NCBI RefSeq assembly: GCF_006345805.1
Contig: NC_042998.1
Span: forward strand, 31,806,001 to 31,870,000
Origin: Octopus sinensis
Lineage: Eukaryota
Direction: 5' to 3'
Length of the DNA: 64,000 nt
Shown here: positions 25,089 through 38,259 of the stretch, in pieces
How the letters are laid out: every line of letters begins with the position of its first letter
Numbering within the stretch: the stretch's first letter is position 1
Program-made: the position numbers and the translations under genes
Notes under the pieces: model-generated
What the model saw: the letters and a program-made list of their open reading frames with translations, nothing else
Told to the model about the DNA's origin: nothing
Database searches by the model: none

Positions 25089-25769
25089 TTTATTACAACG
25101 AGTGGCTTGTAAACGTATCTAACTCGCTTTCGCTCGTTAGATACGTTTACAAGCCATATTTTTATGGCTATAGCTCTTAAAACGTGATCATGAACTTTGG
25201 TATTTTATTTATTACACACGAATAAACGACCACATTTTATTAACCCAATAACTAAATTCTTCACATCGTGTTGAAGCGCGCATGAATACAGCTTGATTTC
25301 ACATCAGTGACGTCACAATGTGTAACTGTAAAAGATGTCATGCCGCAGGAAGATAGTCCGACTTTATAGCGCTAAGTTTTCAGGTGAAATAACTGATAAC
25401 TGATGACTGTTTTACATTTTGTTAACATTCAAGTTCAGACGAGTAGACGAAATATGTTGTGATTTTTTTGGCAACAAAAAATTGAATTACCACCAGAAAT
25501 GTTTATATTTTATGTGTATATGACTTTAAGTGATATCTGGTATAAAAAAGATATTATGTTTGTTTAATTACATGGCTACATTCTACCTGCTCGTGAAAGT
25601 AGTGAATGAAGTTTAGTTGTAATTTATGAATGACAAAAGTAGTGCCGTCACCGTGACCTCGGGTCATCACCATGGATTGACCAATCAGAAGCAGCGCTCG
25701 CAGTATCTGACATATGTTAGATACCAAAAATATCTCAAAGTGTTCTCACACACACATGTGTGTAATAAA
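25089..25769. mobile_element. Unclassified palindrome-rich DNA element, possibly Crypton-like and non-autonomous
   Basis: Perfect 21-bp hairpin 25103-25156; related hairpin 25703-25724; TTTATTACA/TGTAATAAA inverted ends; partial paralogue at 27108-27150. Confidence 0.45.
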
Positions 25770-25933
25770 CAAGTATTCACACTGACACATTTAAACAGAA
25801 AGAAGCGCAGTAATATTAAACGTTACAATTTTTATGCAACCATCATACGTAACGCCTCAGTACGCACGTATTTATAGTGTTATATATTACACACACACAC
25901 ACACACACGCATATATATATATATGTATGCATG

Positions 25934-25977
<44 letters not shown>

Positions 25978-25999
25978 TATGTATGTATATATATTTATG

Positions 26000-26079
<80 letters not shown>

Positions 26080-27294
26080 CTGTGTATGTGTGTGTGCATG
26101 TGTACATATATATATATATATGTACATATGTACACATACACACACACACATACACATATTCTTGCACCGAAACTCTTGCAAATGAATATAAAAAAGCAAT
26201 ATAAATCTATTAACGCAGTATATTGCTATAAATAAATGTAAGTTAACAAAAGAGTCCACTTTTACTTGGAAATAACTTTTACGAGAAGGCAAATGTACAA
26301 TTTTGAGGTTCATAATTTTCAATATATATATATCGAAGAATTCATAACATATTTGAAGGGAATTTTCTCCTCTATGAAGCTGAAAGAAAGTAACTGAATC
26401 AGTTAAGAAATCTGCGTCGTAGTACCATTGAAATAGCTGCTTTCTATAGAAGCACAATTTCTTTTGATGATTTGCGCACGAGGTAAAGACCGTTCAAACA
26501 TACCAAAAAACCCTGTAAGGCTAGTGTGATTCCTGTGGTAGATGCTGATATTGAATAGCTTTAAATCGGCTCAAAAGGAACTTTTGAATAGAAATAGAAT
26601 TCTGGAGAGTTCTTGATTTGGGCGAAAGGGTTAGGAGATAGTGCGGATCCTGGTAGGGAAGATAAACTCAGTAGAATAAAACGGGCATCTTGTATAAAAT
26701 TTTGTAGAGGTTGTTGACTAGTAACTAACTTTGAGCAGCAGAAGCTGTTGTAATTAGCAGTAAAAAAAAAGTGCTAAGAAATTGTCTATGATGAATGGAT
26801 TAGATTATGTTGTAGATTTTCATTTGGATTTGATGTAGTGGTCTTAGGGTGCGATCTTACATTGCGGATCTAATGAGAGAATGTTAGAGACTCACAAGGT
26901 GTTAGAGAGGGAAATATTTTCGAAACGGAAGGTTATTATTGGTGGTGCAGTTTGCATGTTATGAATTTTATATCGTCAGGAAATATCAAGGGAAATCTTT
27001 AAGTCCAATCTTTAAGTCGAGCTTGAAGGTTTCATACCAAAAAAGGGGAAATTTTAAGACGGAAGCATGACATTTACGTCTTTTCCTTGGGACCTTCACA
27101 AAATCAATTTATGGCGATAGTTCTTAAAACGTGATCTGGAACTTGATTTTAACGTATTTAATTTATAAGTAAAGCAGTTTCTGAGACTTGATCTCAGATT
27201 ATTATTCAGCTGCCTCTTTATTTCCTTACTAGTTTTTGCTAGTTCCCATAGTAGAGTACACGTTGTCATACTCATTATAAATATAACAATACTG

Positions 27295-27470
27295 TTAGTG
27301 CGCGCTTAGCCACATTTTTTCCGTTCTGGGTTCAAATCATGCCTTGGTTGATTTTGTCTTTCATCATTTCTACGACGAGAAAATAAGCAGGAGTTGAGCA
27401 CTGGGGTCGTTGTAATTTTCCATTCCCATTTTCCTAAAACTACTGGCCTTTACCAAACTTTGAAACCATT
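27295..27470 (+). mobile_element. Diverged SINE family B
   Basis: gttagtgcgc...cgttctgggttcaaatc...gtctttcatcatttc...aaataagcaggagttgagcactggggtcg. Confidence 0.65.
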
Positions 27471-28233
27471 ATTCATTGTAGATATTATCGATTGCAAGAG
27501 TGGAATTGTGTCAGTGCTAAGGCCTCCGAAATTCTACGAAATTGTTATTCTTCATAATTTATAATGCTTTTAAGAAAGAAAAGCAAATCACAAATGATTT
27601 TTGTGTTCTTCGGGTGCTAATTTCTTTGTTCCACGATGGCGCAGTTTTAGTTTTAACAACAGACAATCAGTGAAATATATTCACTAGTTTTACTCTCCGA
27701 CAAATGAATAACAACGTATTTGTAAAAAGAATTAAGTCGTTATTACTCATGTATGAATCTATGATTTAGAGAGCGTGTGTTTGTGTATGTGCATGTGTTT
27801 GTGTGTATGTGTGTGTATGTATATTTTTGTGAATGTGCATTTTGGCGTATAAAGCATAACTTTATCTTATTAAACTGACACTGAGGAAATTTAATATCGG
27901 AGTAATCCAATCATGACTAATGTATTCAAAACATATATTATCTGAAAATGAAAAGGAAATTATATTTGATATCTAAACAAACATAAACTGAATTGAAAGT
28001 AGATCGCTCGACACAGAAATATTGATAGAAAAAAAACACCTACTGATGTAGCAGTGTATACTTCAATAACTTAACATGTATGAGATATAAAATGGAAACA
28101 ACGCAGTATATTTCATCAAACTGTAAAATCCATATTAGTACATAGTGAGATATACAAACCTCTTCTATAGAGATGCATATACTCAAAAAAACACATGCTC
28201 ACACCAAGAAGTCTTTTCGTTCTACATGAATAC

Positions 28234-28301
28234 CTGGCAATATTTCGCAAGTACGAAAATAATCTATATCTGAAAATATATGAAAAATGCTTAACGGTGT
28301 C
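28234..28301 (-). CDS. Candidate 68-nt phase 0-2 exon (DTVKHFSYIFRYRLFSYLRNIA)
   Basis: tcttccaaatattcttcag| ... CAG|gtattc; open frame. Picked partly for phase fit, so weak. Confidence 0.15.
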
Positions 28302-29854
28302 CTGAAGAATATTTGGAAGACACGTAGTTAATTCAGTTTTCATATATCAGCATAATGCTTCAATGAATGTAATTTGGAAAAGGATACTAACGTTTGGCAT
28401 GCTTGCTATCGATTACAATTCATTTTTTTGTGGTAATTCTTGTGTTATGCTTTTCAGCATATCGGACGAAACATTCAGCAAACAGTCGGAAATTCATGGA
28501 AGGAGTAAAGTCAGCAATATTTATTGGGTTTCTTTGTGAGTACTTTTTTTCTTTGACTGTGCATAAATGGAAGACAAATTTAACTACAGACAGATTCGAA
28601 CACAGATCGTAAAGAGACGGAATAACTATTTCAAAACCAACACACTAACAATTTTGCCAATTCCCCACTCTAAGGCTTCGAAATAAATAATTTTAAATCG
28701 ATCACAGTGTCCCTAAAACTAGGCGCATACATGTCCTTCTGTTTTGGAACTTGCCTTCCATGTGCAGCCTCATACACTGGCAAATGATTTCTACAATCTT
28801 ACTTTTTGAATGAAATTTAGCAGAGGGAAACTGAGGAAACTGTGCAGAAACTACACTCACACACATAGTCATACACGCACACACATACACATTTATATAT
28901 ACGCACAACCGGGTGTGCGTATATACGTACGCAAGCGTGTGCATGCATGCGTGTATTTATCGGCTATGATTGTCTTTGACTATATCTGTGCTCAATCGGG
29001 GCAGATTAGGGTTAATCAAATATAATATCTCTATTCACATTCTCCCGTCTCAATAAATGTGTGGCTTCGAGGTGGCTAATTACGTTTATTTTTCCGATTC
29101 CTTGCTATTCAAAGGTCAGCTATTTAAATGTATATCTTTGTCAATTTCTGAAAACTCATCAGAATGAAATTTTTTTTTTTCAATACCATTCGGCAAGTAT
29201 TTTAAATAAGTTTATCGCATAATCTAGTGATTTGTTTGTACATTATTTGAATATAAATTGAGTTTTTTTTTCTATTCACGTAGCCGTCCATGGATTAAAA
29301 GTTATAACATTTTTTTTTTCTTTCTCTCTTCTTTTCTCGCTTCGGGAGTACACAAATACTGTAAGACAGTCACTGGAAATCTGCAGCGAATCTTTATTGA
29401 GAACATAATAAATTAATAATTACTAACGGAAAAAAGACTAAATTTTGCATTATTGCCAAACGTCTGAAGTATTAGAATCATACTTGACAACTATGTGACA
29501 CACAAATAAAGTAAATGTTTCTTTACATATCTAATTATATATTTTGTATGCTCATTTGCTTTCAGATTCTAAGGAGAGACTGAGAGATGTAGAATTGAAG
29601 AAGGAATAATTAAGATTATTTCTTCCAAGACTGAATATAAATTGCTTCTGTATCTATTAAAGAATGCTCAATGAATATTGTTTTTAAGTTTATGGCTTAT
29701 GTTAGAGTAGAATGGAATATAAAACGACTGATTATTTTTCTATCTGGTTCATTTAAATAAAGTCGCTAACTCTGCATTTATGAGCTATGTAACACACCAT
29801 GATTTTTATCAGTTATTTATTTAACTGAAATATACGACAAATATTACACACACT

Positions 29855-30230
29855 CACATAAGGCAGCATCGTGGAGGAACCATTAACAGGGCGGAGAAAA
29901 TATTTTACGGTATTTCTTCCATCTTCCCATTCTGAATTTAAATATTATGGAGGTCAGGGCAACGAGGTCATAAGAACGAGTCATTTAAATATTATGGAGG
30001 TCAGGGCAACGAGGTCATAGGAACGAGTCATCGTAACGCTCTCCTAACTCAATGAAGCCTACCGCCATTCTTCATGATCTTCGGACACAAAGAGTCACTT
30101 TAGCGCACTCAGACACAGACAACATTTGGCGCGATAAAATAAGTACCAGTTGAGCCCTGGTGTCGATGCAGTCGCTTTACCCCTCCACCGAAATTAATGG
30201 CATTGTGCCAAAATTTGAAGTCAATAATTA
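29855..30230 (+). mobile_element. Diverged SINE family B, interrupted by a 47-bp tandem duplication and about 170 bp of foreign sequence
   Basis: Head aaggcagcatcgtggaggaaccattaac...; core resumes at gataaaataagtaccagttgagccctgg; duplicated unit 29937-29983 / 29984-30030. Confidence 0.65.
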
Positions 30231-30573
30231 AACACACACACACACACATGTATGTCTATACGCATATGTGAATATCATAAATATGATGTAGAGATTACGG
30301 ACGGTCGGTTTACAACTGTGGTGTATCCTTGAAGGCAAAACGATATTTGCTTTTTTTTCAATTAATATATGTCCGCATGAATAAAAAAAACCCATCAGTA
30401 TCTCTCACAAAGAATTCGTACTTTAAGAATATATAAGGTGAACAATAAGAGACTTAAAAGGAGGACGGACATTGAAATTAATTGTCATGTGCTATTGGCA
30501 ATATGTATATTGAATTATGTTAAGCTTGGAAGAATTCAGAACTACACACGCGCCCGCATAAATATGTCTCTGT

Positions 30574-30612
<39 letters not shown>

Positions 30613-30634
30613 AAGGTGTGTGGCCTATTTATTA

Positions 30635-30875
30635 GGTGTTGCACGAAAGGTCCTGATTTGTATTCACCAAACGGCGGTGTATTGAGTTCCTGAGCAAAAC
30701 AATTTATATCACTTGCAAATGGGTAAGCGTGCATCGGAGTGGCCTTTCGTTCAGAGGAAATGTTGACCTGTCTGCCTGGCCAGAGGACTGGGGTCATTCG
30801 AAAGCTAGAGCAATGTGAGGGAACGCCTTCTGACCGACGGTGTATGACGACATTTCATAGACTGGTCGATACAAT
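30635..30875 (+). mobile_element. Diverged SINE (X-like core + tail Q)
   Basis: gttcctgagcaaaacaatttat (X core), then gacctgtctgcctggccag...gtcattcgaaagctagagcaatg...gaacgccttctgaccgacg (Q tail). Confidence 0.6.
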
Positions 30876-31020
30876 GCGAAAGCGATACACACACACACAG
30901 ATACACAAACACACACGCACACACATAGACATTCACATACGCGCACGCTCATACACATATATTAGTAACATTACTTCGAGATAATACATATACATATAAG
31001 TATAGATATGCATATATATG

Positions 31021-31054
<34 letters not shown>

Positions 31055-31319
31055 TGTATGTATGTATGTATGTATGTATGTATGTATGTATGTATGTATG
31101 TATGTATGCATGTGTATGTATATATATATATATATATTTAGAAGGTAGAAAAGTAACACACGAGTTGATATGGATGAGGAAAATGAGATAAGGTAGAAAA
31201 TACTAAAATAATTAGCTTGAAGAGCATTATATAATAATGATTAAGTGTCCTGAAATGACTATCGCACACTATACATATATGCGTGTAAATGTGTGTGTGT
31301 GTGTATGTTTGCGTGTGTA

Positions 31320-31365
<46 letters not shown>

Positions 31366-32852
31366 TGTGTATATTTATATGAAAGATAAAAACAACTTTG
31401 TATCACTTGCAATCTAAGTCGTTATATATTTCCCTATATACGAAAGTTGTATTTTGTTGCTCAGCACTAACTTCATTGATATATACCGACTCTACGTTCT
31501 TATTTGCAAATGTACAATGTACAAAGAAGTGATATTGAATCAGTTGAACCAGTGCGTGTATTTATTATTATTGACGTAAAGACCCTCTCAAACGCAACAC
31601 GATTTGTCTCAAATATACGGTATTTGAATTAAATTGCCTCACTATATGCTCATAAATAATTGTTTTTGTCACAGCTTTCAGTGAGCGCACAGCTACCAAA
31701 GTGGGGGCGGTTGCCTTCATAGATTTTAGTGCATAATATGTCCTTTGTCTACTTCATGTTGATACTCATTTCATTAATTTCTTTCAATTTATTTGTTAAC
31801 CTGGCCCAAAGTGATGCAACTCGAAGTGCCATGTTTTATTAGAAAATACAAACATGTAGTCAAGCACGTCTGTATATTATATACATATGTATTTCTCTGT
31901 CTCTCTATAAATATATATATCGTTACTATTATGCAGAAGTGTCGTAAGTCCAGAATGTTGCTTTTTTCAGAAAACGAAAAGATAGTTTCACTATTCCATA
32001 GTAAAACTGTTGTACTACACTTTGACAATTTTTGATATGTTGGCATCTGAAGCAGCTAAAAGAACCGTCTCTTGCAAGCAAAAATGAATATTGAAAAGAA
32101 AAAAAAACACATTTAGCCAAATTTGAACATACGACAGTTTAACATATAACACATATATATACACACATTTATACACACACACACACATATATATACATAT
32201 ACACATATACGTATAACTGTGTATATGTGTGTGTGTGTGCATATTTGAATATGTGTGCGTATGCAGGTATGGTATGCATGAAGCTTTTGCACAAATTGTG
32301 TCAATCAAATTCATCTCACATAGAATCGACAAATCCCACAGATAAAGCTGCAGGTATCAGTCCCCGATGTCTCCCGAGGGAACCGCACGAGAAACAATTT
32401 AAACCAATGCCATCGCTTTGGCTAATCCATAACTTTGAATAACGATTGCTGTTGATAATTCAAAGTTTAATTCATGCTATTTGTATTTGTTTACAGTCTT
32501 CTCAAGAACGATAGGGATCCTAATTAAAATACATTGGACATGTACAAAGCTGAAAAGCACACAATTAGTGGTGTGCGTGCAAGTGTGTGTACATGTCTTC
32601 CTGTGATAGTATGCTAATTTATGCAAATACTTTCATGTATAATTTTCGAAACTGCTCTCCTTGTCAGGAGAGAATTTGACATAATCTTTAAACACCAATA
32701 ACTATAAAACTAGATCGAAAATTTCATTGAAATCTTAATACAATGAAATCCTTACAGACCATGTCGTTCTTTAGCTGTGCTCAATTTTCTCATTTGTGGA
32801 CCCATGGAAAACGAATCTCCATCAACTCTTTCGCCTCTATGTCTCTGCTCAC

Positions 32853-32898
32853 CTTTGAATGCAGTGTATGCCAGTAGGTTTGCATATCTAACTGAGGC
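32853..32898 (-). CDS. Candidate 46-nt exon (PQLDMQTYWHTLHSK or ASVRYANLLAYTAFK)
   Basis: ttttaaattgtcttcttag|GCCTC...TCAAAG|gtgagc: both splice signals strong; two frames open. Confidence 0.35.
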
Positions 32899-33095
32899 CT
32901 AAGAAGACAATTTAAAATACACATAAATAAGAACTTATCTGCAGTTCTTGGTGATCCGTATAAAATGTGCAATCTATGTGGGTGTGTTTTCAGTCAGAAC
33001 ATTGGTTTAAAAAGTCACAACAGATGGCATGATGTTGCTAAGGTGTAGGTACAGAAGGTGGTCAAACTCTGTATAAGGGGTAGACAGCTACCACC

Positions 33096-33143
<48 letters not shown>

Positions 33144-33149
33144 ATATAT

Positions 33150-33540
33150 ATATGTTAAAAGGTTTGGAGATGATGTACAGGTATTGTATATTAGAAGAAG
33201 AAATAAGGTACTCAGAAATGTGGGTGGTTTTAAATTTTACAGATTTTTATCAATACGTCCCATGTTTTTATAAATCATATATTAGCGCTTGCATCCGCTC
33301 TAGTGGATTCGTCAGATTGAACCGCATGAAATCACATGAAAATCGTAATTTCCAGATTGGTAATGATCTTGTACACCAACCACCTCTTACGACTTATGCC
33401 ATATATCAAAATATTTGTAAGACAATATCTTGTATATTATTGTGAACTGTTATCTCATCAGCTTGGATTTTTAATTTATGTGTATGTATTTATGCAATTA
33501 CTTATCCGACTTTGATTTGGGCGCGGAATTACACTATTAT
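33150..33540 (-). mobile_element. Possible Penelope-like relic with a decayed hammerhead core (33281-33320)
   Basis: Minus strand CTGACGA-ATCC-actagagc-GGAT-GCAAG; the GAAA box is mutated. Adjacent to (TA)n. Confidence 0.3.
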
Positions 33541-33543
33541 ATC

Positions 33544-33952
33544 TCTTTTACTCTCTCTTTTACTTGTTTTAGTCATTTGACTGCGGCCATGCTGGAACAC
33601 CATCTTTAATCGAGGAACTCGACCCCGGGACTTATTCTTTTTTAAGCCCAGTACTTATTCTATCGGTCTCTCTTGCCTAACCGCTAAGTAACGGGGACAT
33701 AAACACACCAGCATCGGTTGTCAAGCAATGCTAGGGGACAAACACAGACACACAAACACACACACGCATATATATATATACATATATACGACGGGCTTCT
33801 TTCAGTTTCTGTCTATCAAATCCACTCACAAGGCTTTGGTCGGCCCGAGGCTATAGTAGAAGACTCTTGCCCAAGGTGCCAGGCAGTGGGACTGAACCCG
33901 GAACCATGTGGTTGGTAGACAAGCTACTTACCACACAGCCACTCCTGCGCCT
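33544..33952 (-). mobile_element. SINE family A, full length, with internal microsatellite
   Basis: tRNA-like head (aggcgcaggagtggctgtgtggtaagtagc...gggttcagtcccactg), ggcaccttgggcaag core, internal (TA/CA)n, 3' tail ccagcatggccgcagtcaaatgac + (GTAAAAGA)n-like end. Confidence 0.92.
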
Positions 33953-34136
33953 GTATATATATATATGTTTTTGCATGTTATGTGTTTGCATGTTTACAAT
34001 GGCTTATATACGCCCTCTGCTTTTAGATACGTGTCGGCTTTGAGGAGGAATATTATTGACCTTGGAACTCGTCTCTTTCAAATTAATGCTCTAATCTAAT
34101 CGATCAATAAATTGAGCCCTACGCTGTTGTCTCTTG

Positions 34137-34189
34137 AAGCTACTTACCACACAGCCACTCCTGCGCCTTCACACAGCCACTCCTGCGCC

Positions 34190-34229
<40 letters not shown>

Positions 34230-34410
34230 TTTGTGCTTGTTTGTCTCCCCGTGTGTTTACGTCGATGTAAGTTATCGGTTCGTCAAATGGAAGCCGATAG
34301 ACTAAGTGCCAGACTTACAAAGAATAAGTCCTGCTGTCGATTTCTTCGACTAAAAGGCGGTGCTCCATCATGGCCGCAGTCAAATGGCTTAAACAAATAA
34401 AAGAATACAT
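34137..34410. mobile_element. Rearranged SINE A: duplicated minus-strand head stubs (34137-34189), then a plus-strand 3' half (34230-34410)
   Basis: cacacagccactcctgcgcc occurs twice; then gaataagtcctgctgtcgatttcttcgactaaaaggcggtgctccatcatggccgcagtc. Confidence 0.75.
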
Positions 34411-35273
34411 ATATATAAATGTGTGTGTGTGTGTGCGTGTGTGTTTAGTGGAGGTGTACTGATGAAATGCCTGGATGTAAAGAATAAGAGAATTCATTGC
34501 TATGGAGAAAGAAACCTATAAAGAACAATTCGCTGAATGGCTTGTTTCCATATCTATACAGTAATATGTGTGCTATGTTTCCTTATTTAAGATGGCTTTT
34601 CTTTTTAACAGTCTTTTCAGAGACTACAAATTCAAAATCTATATCATAATACATTGCAATCTCTTTTGCAGTAAATGTCATACAAATAAAATTTTAAAAA
34701 GAAAAACGTAAATTTCCTATCGTTAAAACAAGAAAAAAAAAAAGTATTTGCAAAACAAAAAAATCCGAAGAAAAAACTTAGTGTATCAAGTAGAACTTAA
34801 AGTAATACACTGGTTCTGTATAATTCCATTAGAAACATTTCTGGGTAATTCTCCGTAGGAGTTCATACAGATTAAAATTATTTTGGCAAAAATCAAGTCA
34901 ACTATGCAAATAATAGTTAGAAAATTTGGAAGGAATATTAATTTATTATAAGCCATAGAATGTGACAATTCCTCTACAGAACGGAATTTGACATAAATAT
35001 CAATTTTTTTGCTAATCGTTTGCAAAATTATTCTAATGTAAATTTGAAGAAATTTCTATTTCTGTGTGTAAACAAAATGGTTTTAATTTTAATAATTTTG
35101 ATACGTAAGAATGGAAAATCAAACAAAATATATGGGCGTTGTTATAAGTTATGAAAGTGTATACTGCATAGACTTAGTTTCTACATTTGTTTGTGACTTG
35201 TTTTATCGAAAGTAGAAGGCCGCATTATGAATAGATTTGTTTGCGCAATATGAATAGATTAGTTTGCTTTAAC

Positions 35274-35470
35274 AAGGCGGCGAGCTGGCAGAATCGTTAG
35301 CACGCTGGGCGAAATGCTTAACGGCATTTCGTCCGTCTTTACGTTCTGAGTTCAAATTCCGCCATGGTCGACTTTGCCTTTCATCCTTTCGGGGCCGATT
35401 AAATAAGTACCAGTTACGCACTGGTTTGTCCTCTCTGTGTTTAGCCACTTGTGGGTAATAAACAAATAAG
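35274..35470 (+). mobile_element. SINE family B (head, core, partial tail 1)
   Basis: aaggcggcgagctggcagaatcgttagcacg...gagttcaaattccgcc...gcctttcatcctttcgggg..taaataagtaccag. Confidence 0.9.
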
Positions 35471-36648
35471 AAGGGCGCAATACGAATATTAGTTCCTAGT
35501 TTGAACGTAAGAAAAAGAGTAAAGTCAGCCTTAGTACAATTTGCAGATTGGGATACAATTATACACAGCATTTATTTTGGTATCCTTTTTTTTATTCACG
35601 ATAAATAAAATGACGAAACAACTGCGGTTGCCTTAAGATATTTGAAATATTAATGTTGCTGGTGCGAAACCTGAATATCTCATCCAAACTCGTACAACGC
35701 TGACATACTTTTAAGAATATTTATACGTAGCCTTACTTAGTGGTATAATGAAATGTAGTGTTTTAGCTTTACCACATAGGAAAAAAAAATCAAATTCAAC
35801 CAACAGTGATAGAAAAAAATCATCTCTAAAATACCTTTCGTTGAAAGCATCAATGAACAATTTATTTCTCAGAAAGACAAAAATATTTCCGACAAAGACA
35901 AACGAAAATATTGGTTATTCTAGTATATTCGAGCAAATAAATTAATATTCAATCTATTTGGGAAAATGATATATGTTTTTGTAAACATTTTAGGAATTCA
36001 ATTTTCTTATTCTTATTCTTAAGTGTTCATACAGGTATGGAGAAGAATATTTATAAAATGGTTTCGACTAAGATTAGAATGTGTGTGTGTGCGTTCGTAC
36101 GTGCGTGTGTGTGTTTGGAAATACACTGAAGATGAACTATAATTCCAAATACATTAAATAACAAAATAGTTATACAGAATTTACATGACTTCTGTATAAG
36201 ATATTCAATCGATATCGTAAAGTGTGAGATGAAAAGTAAGTCAAAAATAATCAATATGAAGTGATACATCACAGCGCTCTCGCTTCATGTGTCTAAAATT
36301 ATTCAGAAATTGAAAAGAAATTAAAGTAGCTTTTAAGAAGTAAGGACTATGCAATGTGTAAGCAGTAAATATTTAATATTTATCAATAAGAAAGTGTGAG
36401 TGGGGAAAATGTATGGTGAAATGATATAGAGAACTACCAATTAGAACGCTAGCAGTTTGTTTCGTGCTACGAGCAGCGTTATGCTATGAACAGAATTAAC
36501 ATTTCCAATCCGAAATGTAAAAATAAATCTAGTTGCAGATAGTCATAATAAAATGATTTAGCATTCCTACAGTCATATACACAAGTATGTATAAAGGCAG
36601 ATTGGAATCTAAGGAGACTTGTGATGTTTGACGTTGACAAGATGAGTA

Positions 36649-37040
36649 TTCTTTTCTACCCTAGACACAAGGCCCCAAATTTTGGGGGAGGGGGCAGTCA
36701 ATTAGATCGACCCAAGTACGCAATTGGTACTTATTTTATCGACTTCGAAAGGATGAAAGGCAAAGTCCACCTCGGCTGAATTTGAACGTAGCGGGAGATG
36801 AAATACCTATTTCGTTACTAACCACAAGGAGCTAAACACAGAGAGGACAAACAAGGGCAGACAAACGGATTAAGTCGATTATATCGACCCCGGTGTGCAA
36901 CTGGTACTTAATTTATCGATCCCGAAAGGATGAAAGGTAAAGTCGACCTCGGCAGAATTTGAACTCAGAACGTAACGGCAGACGAAATACGGCTACGCAT
37001 TTCGCCCGGCGTGCTAACGTTTCTTCCAGCTCGCCGCCTT
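36649..37040 (-). mobile_element. Dimeric SINE B (head-core-tail1-core-tail2) with a 16-bp imperfect TSD
   Basis: Two copies of the tttcatcctttc..gtcgataaa.taagtaccag core. GTTGACAAG(A/G)(T/C)GAGTA at 36633-36648 and 37041-37056. Confidence 0.85.
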
Positions 37041-37847
37041 GTTGACAAGGCGAGTAGTATTTGTACAAAGTGACAGAAAGTTGACCGATAAATTACCATA
37101 GTATGTGAAGTACCTAGCATTTCAGACAGATTTTTGTTCGGAGTAAAGATGATGCGAATGAAATGAATGAAATATAACCAGCCAAGTTTACATCGTTAAA
37201 TATTTCAGATACTGGCTGCAAAAGACTGGAATTGCAAGACACTTGACCTGCATTTGGGACCTGGAGTATCAGGAAAGAGAAACAGCGTGGGAGTGGGATT
37301 AGGAAAGAAGTGAAAATAGAAGGAAAAGTCCTTCCTGTGTAAGGGAGGGGTTGACAAGAGTGTTTAAGAATAAGAAAAATTATTACTTTAAAAATGAGAA
37401 ACTGTAAGAATGAGAGTAAAAAGGTTCATGTCGATTCATTGGTCACCAAGTTCCGATTATGAATTTGGAACGTTATCCATTCTGCTATCTTCAGCATGCA
37501 GAACCACGTTTTGCGGACATGACACATTGTTCAATCGGTAGTAGACTGGCACTCTGTATACATACATACATACACGCACACACACTATATGTATATATAT
37601 ATAGAGAGAGATAGATAGATAGATATGTGCGTGTGTGTGTATATTATACACTATATATACAGCTACTTGCATTAGGGAATATTTGAATAAGTCAAACAAG
37701 GATTTTGTTCAAATATAGATAAATGATATCAACAGTTAATATGCCAAGAATCTTAGGAATTCAATGTAATTCTTTTATCGATTTATCCACAATCATAAAA
37801 ATATCTTCCGGCACCTTTTCAGAACGTTAGTTATAAGGATTGATATA

Positions 37848-37952
<105 letters not shown>

Positions 37953-38224
37953 GTATAATAACTGTATATAATATATATAATAATGATATCTAATCTCCGA
38001 TTTTAAAGCGACAACTTTTAAATATAAACAAATGACCGAAAAAGGATGAGCTAACCTCAGACTGAATCGAACTCACAAATCGTAGCTGACATGGCTCCTT
38101 GAGAATCTGATTCGCCAAACGCTCACCCATCAATTTCAGTAAAATTTAGTTAATATATACTTAAATTGTCTGAATACTAGATAAATAATATTTTCATAAC
38201 CAAACCCGAAAGGCGTTGCGAGTT

Positions 38225-38257
<33 letters not shown>

Positions 38258-38259
<2 letters not shown>

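Noticed and set aside
29135-29170. Other CTGATGA/CTGACGA hits (29157 minus, 38485 minus, 25400, 52185, 60740)
   Set aside because: No properly spaced GAAA with pairing helices I and III; chance matches.
19150-32352. Plus-strand phase-1 exon chain (about 19161-19187 MSTIQNKG, 22690-22752, 32323-32352)
   Set aside because: Very short segments with no recognisable protein; such splice-like signals are expected by chance in 64 kb.
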